A DNA stretch of 64,000 nucleotides from positions 128,001-192,000 of the forward strand of contig CAVRUC010000005.1 in the NCBI GenBank assembly GCA_963724295.1. The letters are read 5' to 3'. The translations under genes and the position numbers were made by a program. Source of the DNA: an uncultured Chloroflexia bacterium. GTDB lineage: Bacteria > Chloroflexota > Chloroflexia > Thermomicrobiales > UBA6265. Numbering within the stretch: position 1 is the first letter of the stretch; each line of letters begins with the position of its first letter. The notes beneath the pieces were generated by a model that saw nothing but the letters and a program-made list of their open reading frames with translations, did no database searches and was not told the origin of the DNA. This document shows positions 22,413-32,646 of the stretch, piece by piece.

Positions 22413-23809
22413 CTACTGCGCGTCGTTTCCGGTCTCCCGCTTGAACTCCGCGCGCACCGCGTTCATCGCGTTGGTCGCCGCGGTCTTGGCGTCAGTGACT
22501 TCCCCGGTGAGGTACTTGTGCCATTCCGGCCGCGCCACTGTCGAACTGCTTGACGCCGAGAATCGACGGTGCGATTGCGCTGGCGTCGGCAAGACTCTCG
22601 TAGATCTCCCAGGTCCACGGATTGGCCGTTATCCACTCGGGTGGATTCTCCTCCCACGCCGTCCATTCCGACTCCAAGACCGGCAGTTGACCCGACCGGC
22701 AGGATTCCCTCCTCTGGATCGCCGACGACGCTTTCCTGCCAGATCCGCTCGTCGGTCGAGAGGGCAGTGAAGAAGTCGACGGCCTGCTCCTTGTTCTTGC
22801 CATACTTGAAAAGGACAGCGCCGGTGTCCCAGAAGACCGTCCCGCCCGCGCCACCTTCGGGAGCCGGGAGCCGGGAAAGCATCAGCTTGGAGGGGTCGGG
22901 CCACTGCGAGGCGTACCGCAGCGGCGAGTTCTGATATTTGAAGGAATAGGCCGCCTGCTGCCCTGTGAAAGCGGCTTCGTCAACGAGGATCAAGGCTGAG
23001 GGTTCGCCCGGCGCGAGGACGTCCGGGATTGTCAGCTCCATCATCCGCCCCAGGATTTCGAGAGCCTGGATCGCCGGCTCGCTGTCGTACATGAACAGGC
23101 CATCCGGCGTGTAGACGTCGGTGCTGATCGAGTGCGTGACTGGAATCAACGACCGCCAGTCGCGGTTGTCGAAGACCAGCCCATAGGGCGCAACGCCGCT
23201 CTCCTGCACCGTGCGCGCGTTCTCGATGAACTCGTCCCACGTCTTCGGCGCGACCTCCGGATCGAGCCCGGCTTTTTCGACGAGATCCGCGTTGCGCGCT
23301 TGCACGCATGATGTCGAGCAGCAGCGGCCAGACGTAGAACTTGCCGTCCCAGGTTGATTCCGCCCTGACAGCCGGCACGAAGTCGTCAATCATGCCTTCC
23401 GGCAAGTACTCATCCCACGGCTCGATCGTGCCCGTGTTGACGAGCGCGATCATCTCGAGGAACGGCGTCACCCCGCCGTAGGAGTCCCAGGTGCTGTTCT
23501 CCTCGTTCGCCTCGGCGACGAAGCGATCGAAGCCGAAGTTCTCGGTCGGCGCGATCTCGACAGCGACCCCTTGCTCCTCGCCGATCGTGTTGATCATGGG
23601 ATGGTGCCGGGGCATCCAGTCAATAGAAGGTGCTGTTCGGCTTGCCCTCCTCGAGACGCCAGCGCGGCACGCATCGTCTCCTGCGCCAGCGCCGCCGCGA
23701 CCGGCGCGCTGACGCCGAGCGCCGCGGCGCGACGCAGTACGGTTCGGCGGTCCACTCGACCGGCGAGGGCGTCGTTGAACAGCGCGCGAGTGGCGAGCTC
23801 CTTTGACAC
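22413..23809 (-). CDS. Carbohydrate ABC transporter substrate-binding protein (several frameshifts), Tat-like signal
   Basis: Fragments MSKELATR..VDRRTVLRRAAALG, DGKFYVWP, KAGLDPEVAPKTWDEF and ..EFKRETGNDAQ* lie in successive frames. Confidence 0.8.
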
Positions 23810-23927
23810 GAGAGCCTCCTTCTTCGTTGGTCACGTGCGACGGACCGCACGTTCGCACCGCGGGCGAGTGGCCCCGCGGCAACACGTGTCGCCGAGGCCG
23901 ATTCGTTTCTTCCCGCAGAGTGGTGGG

Positions 23928-23957
23928 ATTGTAGGAACGGCCTGTCCGGAGTGTCAA
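23928..23957 (-). promoter_or_regulatory. Sigma70-type promoter of the sugar ABC operon
   Basis: Minus-strand TTGACA-N18-TACAAT, with a second TTGACAC 11 bp upstream. Confidence 0.6.
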
Positions 23958-24083
23958 CGGGGTGTCAACCTATTGCGCCCCGACGCCATTCGAACTGTGA
24001 TACAAAGCACGACAGTTCAGGCGTCTTGACACCTGTCTAGGACCCGGCTCGTGGCGAGCAATTGCAAAGTCGAAAGGATGTCG

Positions 24084-24921
24084 ATGAACGCATTCCGAAG
24101 ATCGTTTGGTCGCTCACTTCGTCTCGCATCGGTGGCAGCGCTGGCGGCGCTAACGTTGCTGGCACCGGGTTTGGCAGCGCAGGATGACGAAGCCGAGGTC
24201 CACCCCGCTCACATCCACAGCGGGACCTGCGCCGAGCTGGGCGACGTGGTGGCTCCGCTGACTGACATCGCGCACATTGGTGAGGATGCGGAACGGACTG
24301 GCGCGACCTCCGCGATTCCAGTCAAGGGCAGTGTCACTGTCGTCGACATGCCGCTGCAGGAGATCATCGACGGCGGGCATGCCATCAATGTCCACCTCTC
24401 GGGCCGAGGAGATCGACACCTACATCGCCTGTGGCGATATCGGTGGCGTCGTCACGACCGACGAGGGAGAAGAGGAGAACGAGCTGATCATCGGGCTAGG
24501 CGAGCTGAACGATTCCGGGCACACCGGTATCGCCTGGCTCGGCGCCGAAGGTGATCAGACACGCGTAGCAGTTCACCTCGTCGAGCCCGCCGGCACGGCT
24601 GACGCCGGCGCCGAGGCGGCACAGGAGGCCACACCGGGCGCGGCGGACACTGGAACCGATGCCGCCGCGGAATCCATTGCCGTCGAGATCAAGGATTTCG
24701 CGTTCAATCCACCTGAAATCACCGTTCCGGCCGGCGGCAGCGTCACCTGGACGAATGGCGACGCGGCCCCCCACACCGCGACCGGGCTCGATCGCGAAGC
24801 CTTGCAGTCAGGCACCATCGCACCGGGGGAATCCTTCACGCAGACCTTCGACACGGCCGGGACCCTGGAGTACTTCTGCGAGTTCCACCCGAACATGAAG
24901 GGATCGATCGTCGTCGAGTAA
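24084..24921 (+). CDS. Secreted cupredoxin-domain protein with an N-terminal HPAHIH domain (frameshift near 24400)
   Basis: Signal peptide, HPAHIHSGTC..HAINVH..IACGDIG and type-1 copper ligands PHTAT..YFCEFHPNM. Confidence 0.8.
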
Positions 24922-25073
24922 CGATGTCCACACGCGGCCGGCAAAGCCCTCAAGGGAGTTATTCCACGCCTTCAGGCGAACTTGCGGAATCTTGCCGGCC
25001 GCGCATCGCTCTCCTTCAGGTCGATCGAGGTGCAGCGCGGAGCTAAGAATCCGCCGCTGAATCGGGAAGATGA

Positions 25074-25119
25074 TCGTATGGCTGCGTTCTGTAGTCGTAT
25101 GGCTGCGTTCCGTATTCGT
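25074..25119. repeat. 21-bp tandem repeat upstream of nudC
   Basis: TCGTATGGCTGCGTTCTGTAG, TCGTATGGCTGCGTTCCGTAT, then TCGT. Confidence 0.8.
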
Positions 25120-25187
25120 TGCAGCCTTTGCATTCTTTACCGCCACCCACAATGGCCGTTGATCCAACAGCTAGTGCCAGACCTGGA

Positions 25188-26060
25188 ATGAGCGATCCTC
25201 ACGAGTTCAAATTCCTGCCTGGAATCGAGCCCCACGACCATGCCTGGGACGAGGCGAGCGGCGTTCCGCGCGGCCGCTGCTTCGCCTTCGCCGGTTCGGA
25301 GATGGTCGTCCTCGGCGCGGCGGACGCATCACCGCAAGTCCCGAGCTGGGACGACCTCCGCGCCTGGGACCTTGCCGCCATCCGCTTTCAGTACCTCGGC
25401 ACCCTTGCCGGCGAGCCATGCTGGTCGGCAGAGCTCGCATCGGAGGTGCGTCTGCCGGAAATGGCGGCGCTCAGCGGTCTGCGAGCGCTCTACGACACGC
25501 TACCCGAGTCCCATTACGCGCTCGCCGGGCGAGCGGCTCAGATCGTCGCCTGGGACCGCGATCATCAGCACTGCGGCCGCTGTGGAGAACCGACCGAGCG
25601 CGTCTCCGGGGAGCGCGGCCGGCGCTGCGCCAGCTGCGACCTTACGGCCTATCCACGCGTCTCACCGGCCATCATCGTCCTCATCGAGCGCGACAATCGG
25701 ATCCTGCTGGCGCGGGGTCGCGCGTTCGTGCCGCGCCGCTTCGGCATCATCGCCGGGTTTGTCGAGCCAGGAGAGTCGCTGGAAGATGCCGTCCGCCGCG
25801 AGGTGCGTGAGGAAGTCGGTATCGAGGTCGCTGACATCGACTACTTCGGCAGCCAGCCCTGGCCATTCCCGCACGGCATCATGATCGGTTTCCGAGCCAA
25901 TCACCTGAGTGGTGAGATCACCCTTGGCGACGGCGAACTGGCCGAGGCTGGCTGGTATGGGCGAGACGACTTGCCCGAAATCCCGGCCAAGCTCAGCATC
26001 GCCCGTCGCCTCATCGACGATTGGGCCGAGCGCCGGGGATTTGTCATCGACCAACCGTGA
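25188..26060 (+). CDS. nudC: NAD(H) pyrophosphatase / NAD-cap decapping enzyme
   Basis: Zn finger CGRCG..CASC..YPRVSPA, Nudix box GFVEPGESLEDAVRREVREEVG and SQPWPFPH. Confidence 0.95.
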   Translation: MSDPHEFKFLPGIEPHDHAWDEASGVPRGRCFAFAGSEMVVLGAADASPQVPSWDDLRAWDLAAIRFQYLGTLAGEPCWSAELASEVRLPEMAALSGLRALYDTLPESHYALAGRAAQIVAWDRDHQHCGRCGEPTERVSGERGRRCASCDLTAYPRVSPAIIVLIERDNRILLARGRAFVPRRFGIIAGFVEPGESLEDAVRREVREEVGIEVADIDYFGSQPWPFPHGIMIGFRANHLSGEITLGDGELAEAGWYGRDDLPEIPAKLSIARRLIDDWAERRGFVIDQP

Positions 26061-26117
26061 ACGAGGGTGGCAGGGTGCAGAGACGGACTCCCTGCGACCC
26101 CACCCCTCACCCCTCGT

Positions 26118-28473
26118 TCAGTCGGCCGCCGCCGCTCCCACGCTGGCGCCCTGGATCGCTCGCCAGACGCGTTCCGGCGTGAATGGGACATCGAGATGCG
26201 TGATGCCCCATGGCTCCAGCGCATCGATGACCGCGTTCGCCACCGCCGGCGTCGATCCGATGGTCGCCGCCTCACCAATCCCCTTCGCCCCGAGCGGGTT
26301 CAGGTAGGTCGGCGTCTCCGTATGATGCGTCTCCAACTGCGGAAAGTCGAAGGCGCGGGGGATCGCATAGTCATTCAGCGTGCCGGTGACGAGCTCACCG
26401 GAGGCGTCGTAGACGATCTCCTCCAGCAGCGCCTGGCCGACCCCTTGCGCCACACCGCCGTGGACCTGGCCCCGCACGAGAGTCGGGCTGATGATGACCC
26501 CGCAGTCGTCAACCGAGACGAACCTCACGAGCTTGACTTGCCCCGTCTCGGGAAAGACTTCGGCAACCGCGACGTGGGTGCCAAACGGGAAGGTTTCATC
26601 GTCGGGGCGGAAGTACTCGGTCGCCTCCAGCCCGGCGCCGAACTCGGCCGGCAAGCTCGTCGGAATACGCCTTCTCGGCGATTTCTTCCAAACTGAGGCC
26701 CCGGTCCGGGACCCCGCGCACCCGGAATGCCCCCTCGGCGATCTCGATGTCTTCGGCCGCCGCCTCGAGCAGATGCGCCGCTATCGCTTTGGCCCGGTCC
26801 CGCACTTTGTCCATCGCCATCACAACAGCGGCGCCGCCAACCGCGAGCCCGCGGCTACCCATGGTCCCGTTGCCCTGAGGCGTGTTCAGGGTGTCTCCAT
26901 GATTGACCCCGATCTTCTCCATCGGCACACCCAGGCCGTCCGCCACGATCTGGGCAAAGCTCGTCTCCTGCCCCTGACCGTGGGGCGAGATGCCCGTGTA
27001 GACCGTCACATCGCCGTTGGTCTCGACGCGTACGGTGGCACTCTCGAATGGCCCGAAGCCGCAGATCTCGACGTATGAGGCCAGGCCGATCCCCAGGTAG
27101 CGCCCATTTTTCCGGGCCGCTGCCTGCTCGGTCCGCAGCACCTCGTAACCCGACACCTCGATAGCGTAGTCGAGCGCCTTCGCGTAGTCGCCTGTGTCGT
27201 ATTTCTCGCCCGACGCGGTCGTGTAGCCACTCTCGAACGGCGCGATGAAATTGCGACGGCGCACCTCGACGGGATCCAGCCCCGCCGCATCAGCCAGCAG
27301 ATCGATGGCGCGTTCGACGTAGTAGGCGGCTTCGGGACGCCCCGCCCCGCGGTAGGCGCCGAGCGCCATCTTGTTGGTGTAGACGCTTCGCGAGCGGAAC
27401 TCGAGCGCGGGGATGTCGTAGCAGCCGCTCGACATGCGACCGGTCAGCTCCGCCAGGTCCGTTCCCCGCGGAAATCCACCGAGGTCCTGCACCACGTGCA
27501 TGCGCAGCCCGCGGATGCGGCCGTCGAGCTCGGCGGCGATCTCGACATCAGCCCATTGGTCCCGGCCATGGTTCGTGGCCAGGAAGTTTTCACTCCGGGT
27601 CTCGATCCACTTCAGCGGCCGTCGCATCTTGAACGCCAGCGCCGCCACGATGAAGTCTTCCTGATAGGCGCCGATCTTGACCCCGAAACCACCTCCGACC
27701 TCCGGAGCAACCGCCCGCACACGGGTCGCCGGCAGGCCGAGCGCTTCAGCGATGCTGTTGCGATTCCAATGCGGCGCCTGGGTCGATGTCCAGACGGTGA
27801 TGCCGTTGATCAGCGGGTCGGGTGTCGCCACGACCGCGCGCGGCTCCATCGGCACCCCTGACAGGCGCTGCGAGCGGATGCGCGCCTTGGCCACGACCGG
27901 GGCATCGGCAAACGCCGCGTTGATGTCCCCATGATCGCGATCCCAGACCGCTCCGATGTTGTTCTTGACGGTGGCGTAGATCTGGGGCGCGCCATCCTCC
28001 ATCGCCTGCTCGGGATCGGTGACGGCAGGCAGGACCTCGTAGTCGACCTCGACCGCCTCGGCGGCGTCCTCAGCCTGATAACGTGACTCGGCGATGACGG
28101 CGGCGACGGCTTCGCCGACCCACCGCACCGTGTCGCGTGCGATCGGCCAGACCGGAGGCGATTCCTCGGCCTCGTCTTCTCGCTGCTCGTAGTCCGCCTC
28201 TTCGCCGCTGCCGCCCTCGCCCGCGGCGCCGGAGAGCGGACCGCAGTACTGAGCCAGCTCCTCGCCGGTGACCACCGCGATCACGCCCGGCATCGCCTTT
28301 GCCGCGGACGCATCAATCGCGCCGATCCTGGCATGAGGGTGCGGGCTGCGCACCATGGCCACGTATGCCATGCCCGGAATGCTCAGGTCGTCGACGTACA
28401 TCGACGAGCCCGTGATCAGGCGAGGATCTTCCTTGCGTCGTACTTCTGCGCCGACTAACCGGCTCAGGACCAT
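26118..28473 (-). CDS. coxL: Xanthine dehydrogenase family / form-II CoxL molybdopterin-binding subunit (frameshift near 26650)
   Basis: RKEDPRLITG, VGGGFGVK, active-site AYRGAGR, HGQGQET, GQVHGG and LGAKGIGE. Confidence 0.88.
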
Positions 28474-28614
28474 GGGTACCCTTCTCCTCCGTCATCCCGT
28501 ACCAATCGCGGCACAGGCTCTCACTCTCGGTCAGACTACCGAGCATTCTACAGTTCAGGACGCAATTCCCGGACCTGCTCAACCGTTCCAGCGACGGTTC
28601 GTTCACGTGGAGGG

Positions 28615-29853
28615 CTATTTCGGAAGCGCTTCCAGCGAACTGGCGCCCGATGATCTGGAAGCTGCCACCTCTACTGTCAGGCCGAGCCGGCGTGCCACTT
28701 CAGCCATCGTCAGACCTTGCACCAGGAGCGTAAAGAGGACCACGCCATACGTCATAGCCAGCAGCTCGGCCCGATGGGGGAAGCCCGTGGGCAGGCTGAG
28801 TACCGCGGCCAGCGCGACAGCACCTCTTAGACCACCCCAGAAAATGACGTGCCTCTCCGGCCAGGTAAGCCGAAATCCCAATTGAGGGAGGACCGAGCCA
28901 ACGCCATAGGCGACCACAGCGCGTCCGGCCAACGCCGCCGCGATTCCAATCAAGACGGCGCCTGGATACTTCGTCAGTCCTGCCACGTGCACGGTCAATC
29001 CCATCAGCAGAAAGAGGGCGGCATTGGCGGAGAAGGCCAGGAACTCCCACAGATCAGTCAGCAGTCGTTCTGAGCCGTCACTATAGATCCAACCGCGAGA
29101 GCGCCCGAGATGGCCGAGCGTCATCGCCGCCGCTACGGTCGCTAGCACCCCCGAAAGATGAAGCGTCTCAGCAGCGAGAAACGCTCCATAGGCCATGGCG
29201 ACCGAAACCGTCATCTCGGTCAGGTGCTCGTCGATCGTGGCGATCAGCCTGTGACCGACCCAGCCGAGTCCCAGCCCGATGGCCACACCACCCACGACCG
29301 AAAGCAGAAGCGTTCCAGTAGCCTCCCCAAAGCTGAACTCTCCCTGTACGGCATGGGTGAGGGTGACCAGCAATGCCAGGGCGACGCCGTCATTGAGAAG
29401 ACTCTCGCCTTCCACTAGCGCGGCAAGCCGCGGGCTGACACCGAGCTGACGGAATGTCGCCAGGACGGAGATCGGATCAGTCGCGGCGATGATTGCCGCG
29501 AAGAGCAACGCCACGGACCACGGTAGCCCGAGTGTCCAGTGAACGAGAGCACCGCCGACGACCATGGCGAGCAGAACGCCGGGAACTGCAAACACAACGA
29601 CGCCTGTTCGCACGCGCCAAAGAAGTCGGAGATCGAGGACGAAGGAGGCCTCAAAGAGGAGAGGCGGCAGAAACAAGAGCAGGATGATCTCGGAGTTGAG
29701 CGTCGGTGCGGAAATCCCGGGAACAGCGCCGAGTACCAGACCCAGAAGCAGCAAGGCCAGCGTGTATTGCAGATGGATCCAGCGCGCGACAACTGCCACA
29801 ACCGCCGCGACAATCAGCAGGATGACGAGACCTTCGATTCCGCTCACCAGCAT
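28615..29853 (-). CDS. CPA1-family Na+/H+ antiporter
   Basis: FLPPLLFEA, ATDPISV, EGESLLNDG and WGGLRGAV. Confidence 0.93.
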   Translation of the reverse strand: MLVSGIEGLVILLIVAAVVAVVARWIHLQYTLALLLLGLVLGAVPGISAPTLNSEIILLLFLPPLLFEASFVLDLRLLWRVRTGVVVFAVPGVLLAMVVGGALVHWTLGLPWSVALLFAAIIAATDPISVLATFRQLGVSPRLAALVEGESLLNDGVALALLVTLTHAVQGEFSFGEATGTLLLSVVGGVAIGLGLGWVGHRLIATIDEHLTEMTVSVAMAYGAFLAAETLHLSGVLATVAAAMTLGHLGRSRGWIYSDGSERLLTDLWEFLAFSANAALFLLMGLTVHVAGLTKYPGAVLIGIAAALAGRAVVAYGVGSVLPQLGFRLTWPERHVIFWGGLRGAVALAAVLSLPTGFPHRAELLAMTYGVVLFTLLVQGLTMAEVARRLGLTVEVAASRSSGASSLEALPK

Positions 29854-30023
29854 CCCGCCTACTCAGGTCAAGACCGCTACGTCGATGCAGCTGGAAACAC
29901 AAACGGGACCACCAATTGGCAGTCCCCTCCGTCAGCCGCGCGGGTATGGGGTACGCGGCGCCCCCAAAGAAATCAATTCTCAACCGTTGCCTGGTTTAGT
30001 CAGACCACCATGTCTGTCTTGCC

Positions 30024-30332
30024 CTATCCGAACGGCTCCGGATCGTAGCCACCGGTCACACCAGGGTCGGTATCGGCGCCAGGCCCGCCAGTTTCGACTC
30101 GCTCCGTCTCACGTCCGGAGAGGACGGCGACCAGCCTGTCGATAACCCCGGCCACGGCCGCGTCGCTGATTCGCATCTCCTGAGCGATCTCCCAGATCGA
30201 CGCGCCGTTCGCCGCCATCATGGCGATGTGGCGCTCCTGGGGCGGCAAGGTCAGGATGTAGTCGTGGGCACCTTGCAGGAGCCGCGTCGTCTCCACGTCA
30301 TGTTCCGTGTTCGGCGCGCTGTCAGCATCCAT
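30024..30332 (-). CDS. Small sigma-region-4/LuxR-like HTH protein
   Basis: LPPQERHIAMMAANGASIWEIAQEMRIS; 102 aa. Confidence 0.6.
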   Translation of the reverse strand: MDADSAPNTEHDVETTRLLQGAHDYILTLPPQERHIAMMAANGASIWEIAQEMRISDAAVAGVIDRLVAVLSGRETERVETGGPGADTDPGVTGGYDPEPFG

Positions 30333-30394
30333 GCCCTGATCCTCTCGACGATGCGTCAGCCTGCAGCAGCTCGCTGCCGAAGAATACTCACGAC

Positions 30395-31501
30395 TCAGAT
30401 TGGGAGGCACGCCGCCGCGATCGATTCGATCAGATAGCGCGGAGTTCGCAGCTCTTCCCGGTCCAGACGCCGCGCAATCGCCGCGACCACAACCAGGTCG
30501 AGCGCCGGAACGACGAAGATGTGCTGCCCTCCATAGCCAAGCGCGAAATAAGCCGGGTATCCGGCGTTCGTGGCTGTGATCCACCACTGATAGCCATAGC
30601 CGGCCCAGGCACCCGTCGAGTCCCCGGCGCTCTGCCACGTCGTCGCCGCGGCCGCATACTCGGGATCGATGATCTGCTCGCCGTCCCACTCGCCATTGCG
30701 CAGATAGAGCAGGCCCAGCTTGAGCATGTCCCGCGGAATCAGCTCCAGCCCCGACCCGGCGCTGACCTCGTCCTGAGGAGACCGCATCCACTCACCTGGA
30801 CCGATGCCAAGCGGCTGGAACAGGACCTCTTCGGCGTAGTCCTCCAGCGGCTTGCCGGCCGCCTTGGCAACGGTGACGCCAAGCACCTGGGAACCGCCCG
30901 TGTTGTAGACGTAGGTCTCACCCGGAATGCCGACCACCGGCAAGCCGAGGGTCATCGCCACCCAATCTGGAGCCGCCAGCAATCGCTGCCAGTCCCCGTG
31001 GGCGTCCCACTGCAGTCCGCTCGTCATTGTCAACCACTGCCAGAGGGTGATATCCATCACGCGCGGATCGGCGCCGTCCGGAACCCTCTCGGGGATGCTC
31101 TCGCCCACGGTCTGCTCCAGGCCGTGCATCAATCCTTGCCGCAGCGCGGCCCCCGCCAGCGTTCCGGTGACACTCTTGGTCACCGAGCGCACATTGATGG
31201 GGGTCTCCGGATCCTGCCCGCCGTAGTACCGCTCGAAGACGATGTAACCGTATCGAGCGGCCAGCAACGCCGACAGCGCCGGAACTTCGTCCGGAACGCG
31301 CGCATCGACCGCGTCTAACGCAAACGGGTCAACACCCTGCTCCTCAGGATCCGCGACGCGCCAGCCGGCCGTCGGCCAGTAGTCGGGCACGACTTGCCGC
31401 GCTGACGTGCCCGAACCGGTAACCATCGTCAGCGCGGCTCCCGAGATGCCGGCCAGCAGCGCGCGCCGCGAACGACGCGAGCCATGTAACTCTCGTTTCA
31501 T
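30395..31501 (-). CDS. Beta-lactamase-like serine hydrolase with a Tat signal
   Basis: SRRALL signal, SxxK (SVTK), YxN-type YVYN and ALGYGGQ. Confidence 0.9.
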   Translation of the reverse strand: MKRELHGSRRSRRALLAGISGAALTMVTGSGTSARQVVPDYWPTAGWRVADPEEQGVDPFALDAVDARVPDEVPALSALLAARYGYIVFERYYGGQDPETPINVRSVTKSVTGTLAGAALRQGLMHGLEQTVGESIPERVPDGADPRVMDITLWQWLTMTSGLQWDAHGDWQRLLAAPDWVAMTLGLPVVGIPGETYVYNTGGSQVLGVTVAKAAGKPLEDYAEEVLFQPLGIGPGEWMRSPQDEVSAGSGLELIPRDMLKLGLLYLRNGEWDGEQIIDPEYAAAATTWQSAGDSTGAWAGYGYQWWITATNAGYPAYFALGYGGQHIFVVPALDLVVVAAIARRLDREELRTPRYLIESIAAACLPI

Positions 31502-32504
31502 CGAACTAGGAACCCTCCCGCCGTCTCATCCTCAGGATCGACTACGAACTGCTGAAACCCGGTCAGGAAGCCGCGTCCGGCAATCTCGAGTCTCCACCGC
31601 AGGGTACGGCCCAACCGACGTTTCGCCCACGACGCGACCGGTAAACGTCGTCCCGATCACGCTCTCATGGATGTATGGCTGGCCGCATGAGATGCGGCCG
31701 TCGGCAAAGAGACAGGCGAGCTTGGCGGAGGTGCCGGTCCCACACGGCGAGCGGTCCACCGCGCCCTCCGCGTAGATGGTGATGTTCCGCCCGTCACCGT
31801 CCGTCGTTCGCGTCGGCTCGGAGATGATCGTGCCGTAGATACCGCGTAATTCGGGCTCATCGGGGTGAACCACTTCGATTTCGCGGTCCACCGCTCGCTT
31901 GATCTCCATCCCGAGCTGCGTCAGGGTGGTCGCATTTTCGGGAAGGACCTCGACCCTGAGGTCGGCGGCATCGACCAGCGCGTAGAAGGCGCCACCGTAG
32001 GAGACATCGGCCCGCACCGGACCGACGCTCGTCGCCAGATCGAGTCCTTGCGCGTAGCGGAAGGCGGGGACGTTCCGGAACGCCACCGAGACGACCCGAT
32101 CACCCTCGACTTCCGCGCTGGCCCGAATGAGACCCGCGGGCGAGTCATAGACCACCTCCGTCCGCGGCTCGCGGCGCGGAAGCATCCCGGTCTCGAGCAG
32201 CGCCGTGGTCAAGGCGATCACGCCGTGACCGCACATGGTCGAGTAACCCTCGTTGGTCAGGAACAGCACTCCGAAGTCAGCGCCGGTCGTCACCGGTGGC
32301 GTCAAGACCGCGCCATACATGTCGGCGTGGCCACGTGGCTCGAAGAGCAGCGTCCGCCGGACGTCGTCGTGGTGCTCGGCCATGTAGCGACGTCGCTCGA
32401 GCACGGTCGCCGCCCGGGAGCGGCGGCAGCCCGGCGGTGATGATCCGCAGCGGCTCTCCCGCGGCGTGCGCGTCGATTGTCGAAATAATCCGCTCGAACC
32501 GCAT
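31498..32504 (-). CDS. Proline racemase family protein (2 frameshifts)
   Basis: IDAHAAGEPLRI, EPRGHADMYG, catalytic MCGHG and DRSPCGTG. The C-terminus GFQQFVVDPED is in another frame. Confidence 0.88.
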
Positions 32505-32646
32505 CGTTCCGTCTCCATCGCGGCCATCCAGGCGGCAGCGCCGCCTATACTATTCCGGACGGACCATTCAACGCTCAGCCTCTTCCCGGAGAACACGCGT
32601 GCAACGCCTAAGCGAGGCGACCCCAGACGCCGGGGACGACTCCCCT

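Noticed and set aside
25074..25119. CRISPR array
   Set aside because: Only about two adjacent 21-bp units with no spacers and no cas genes. No array was seen elsewhere.
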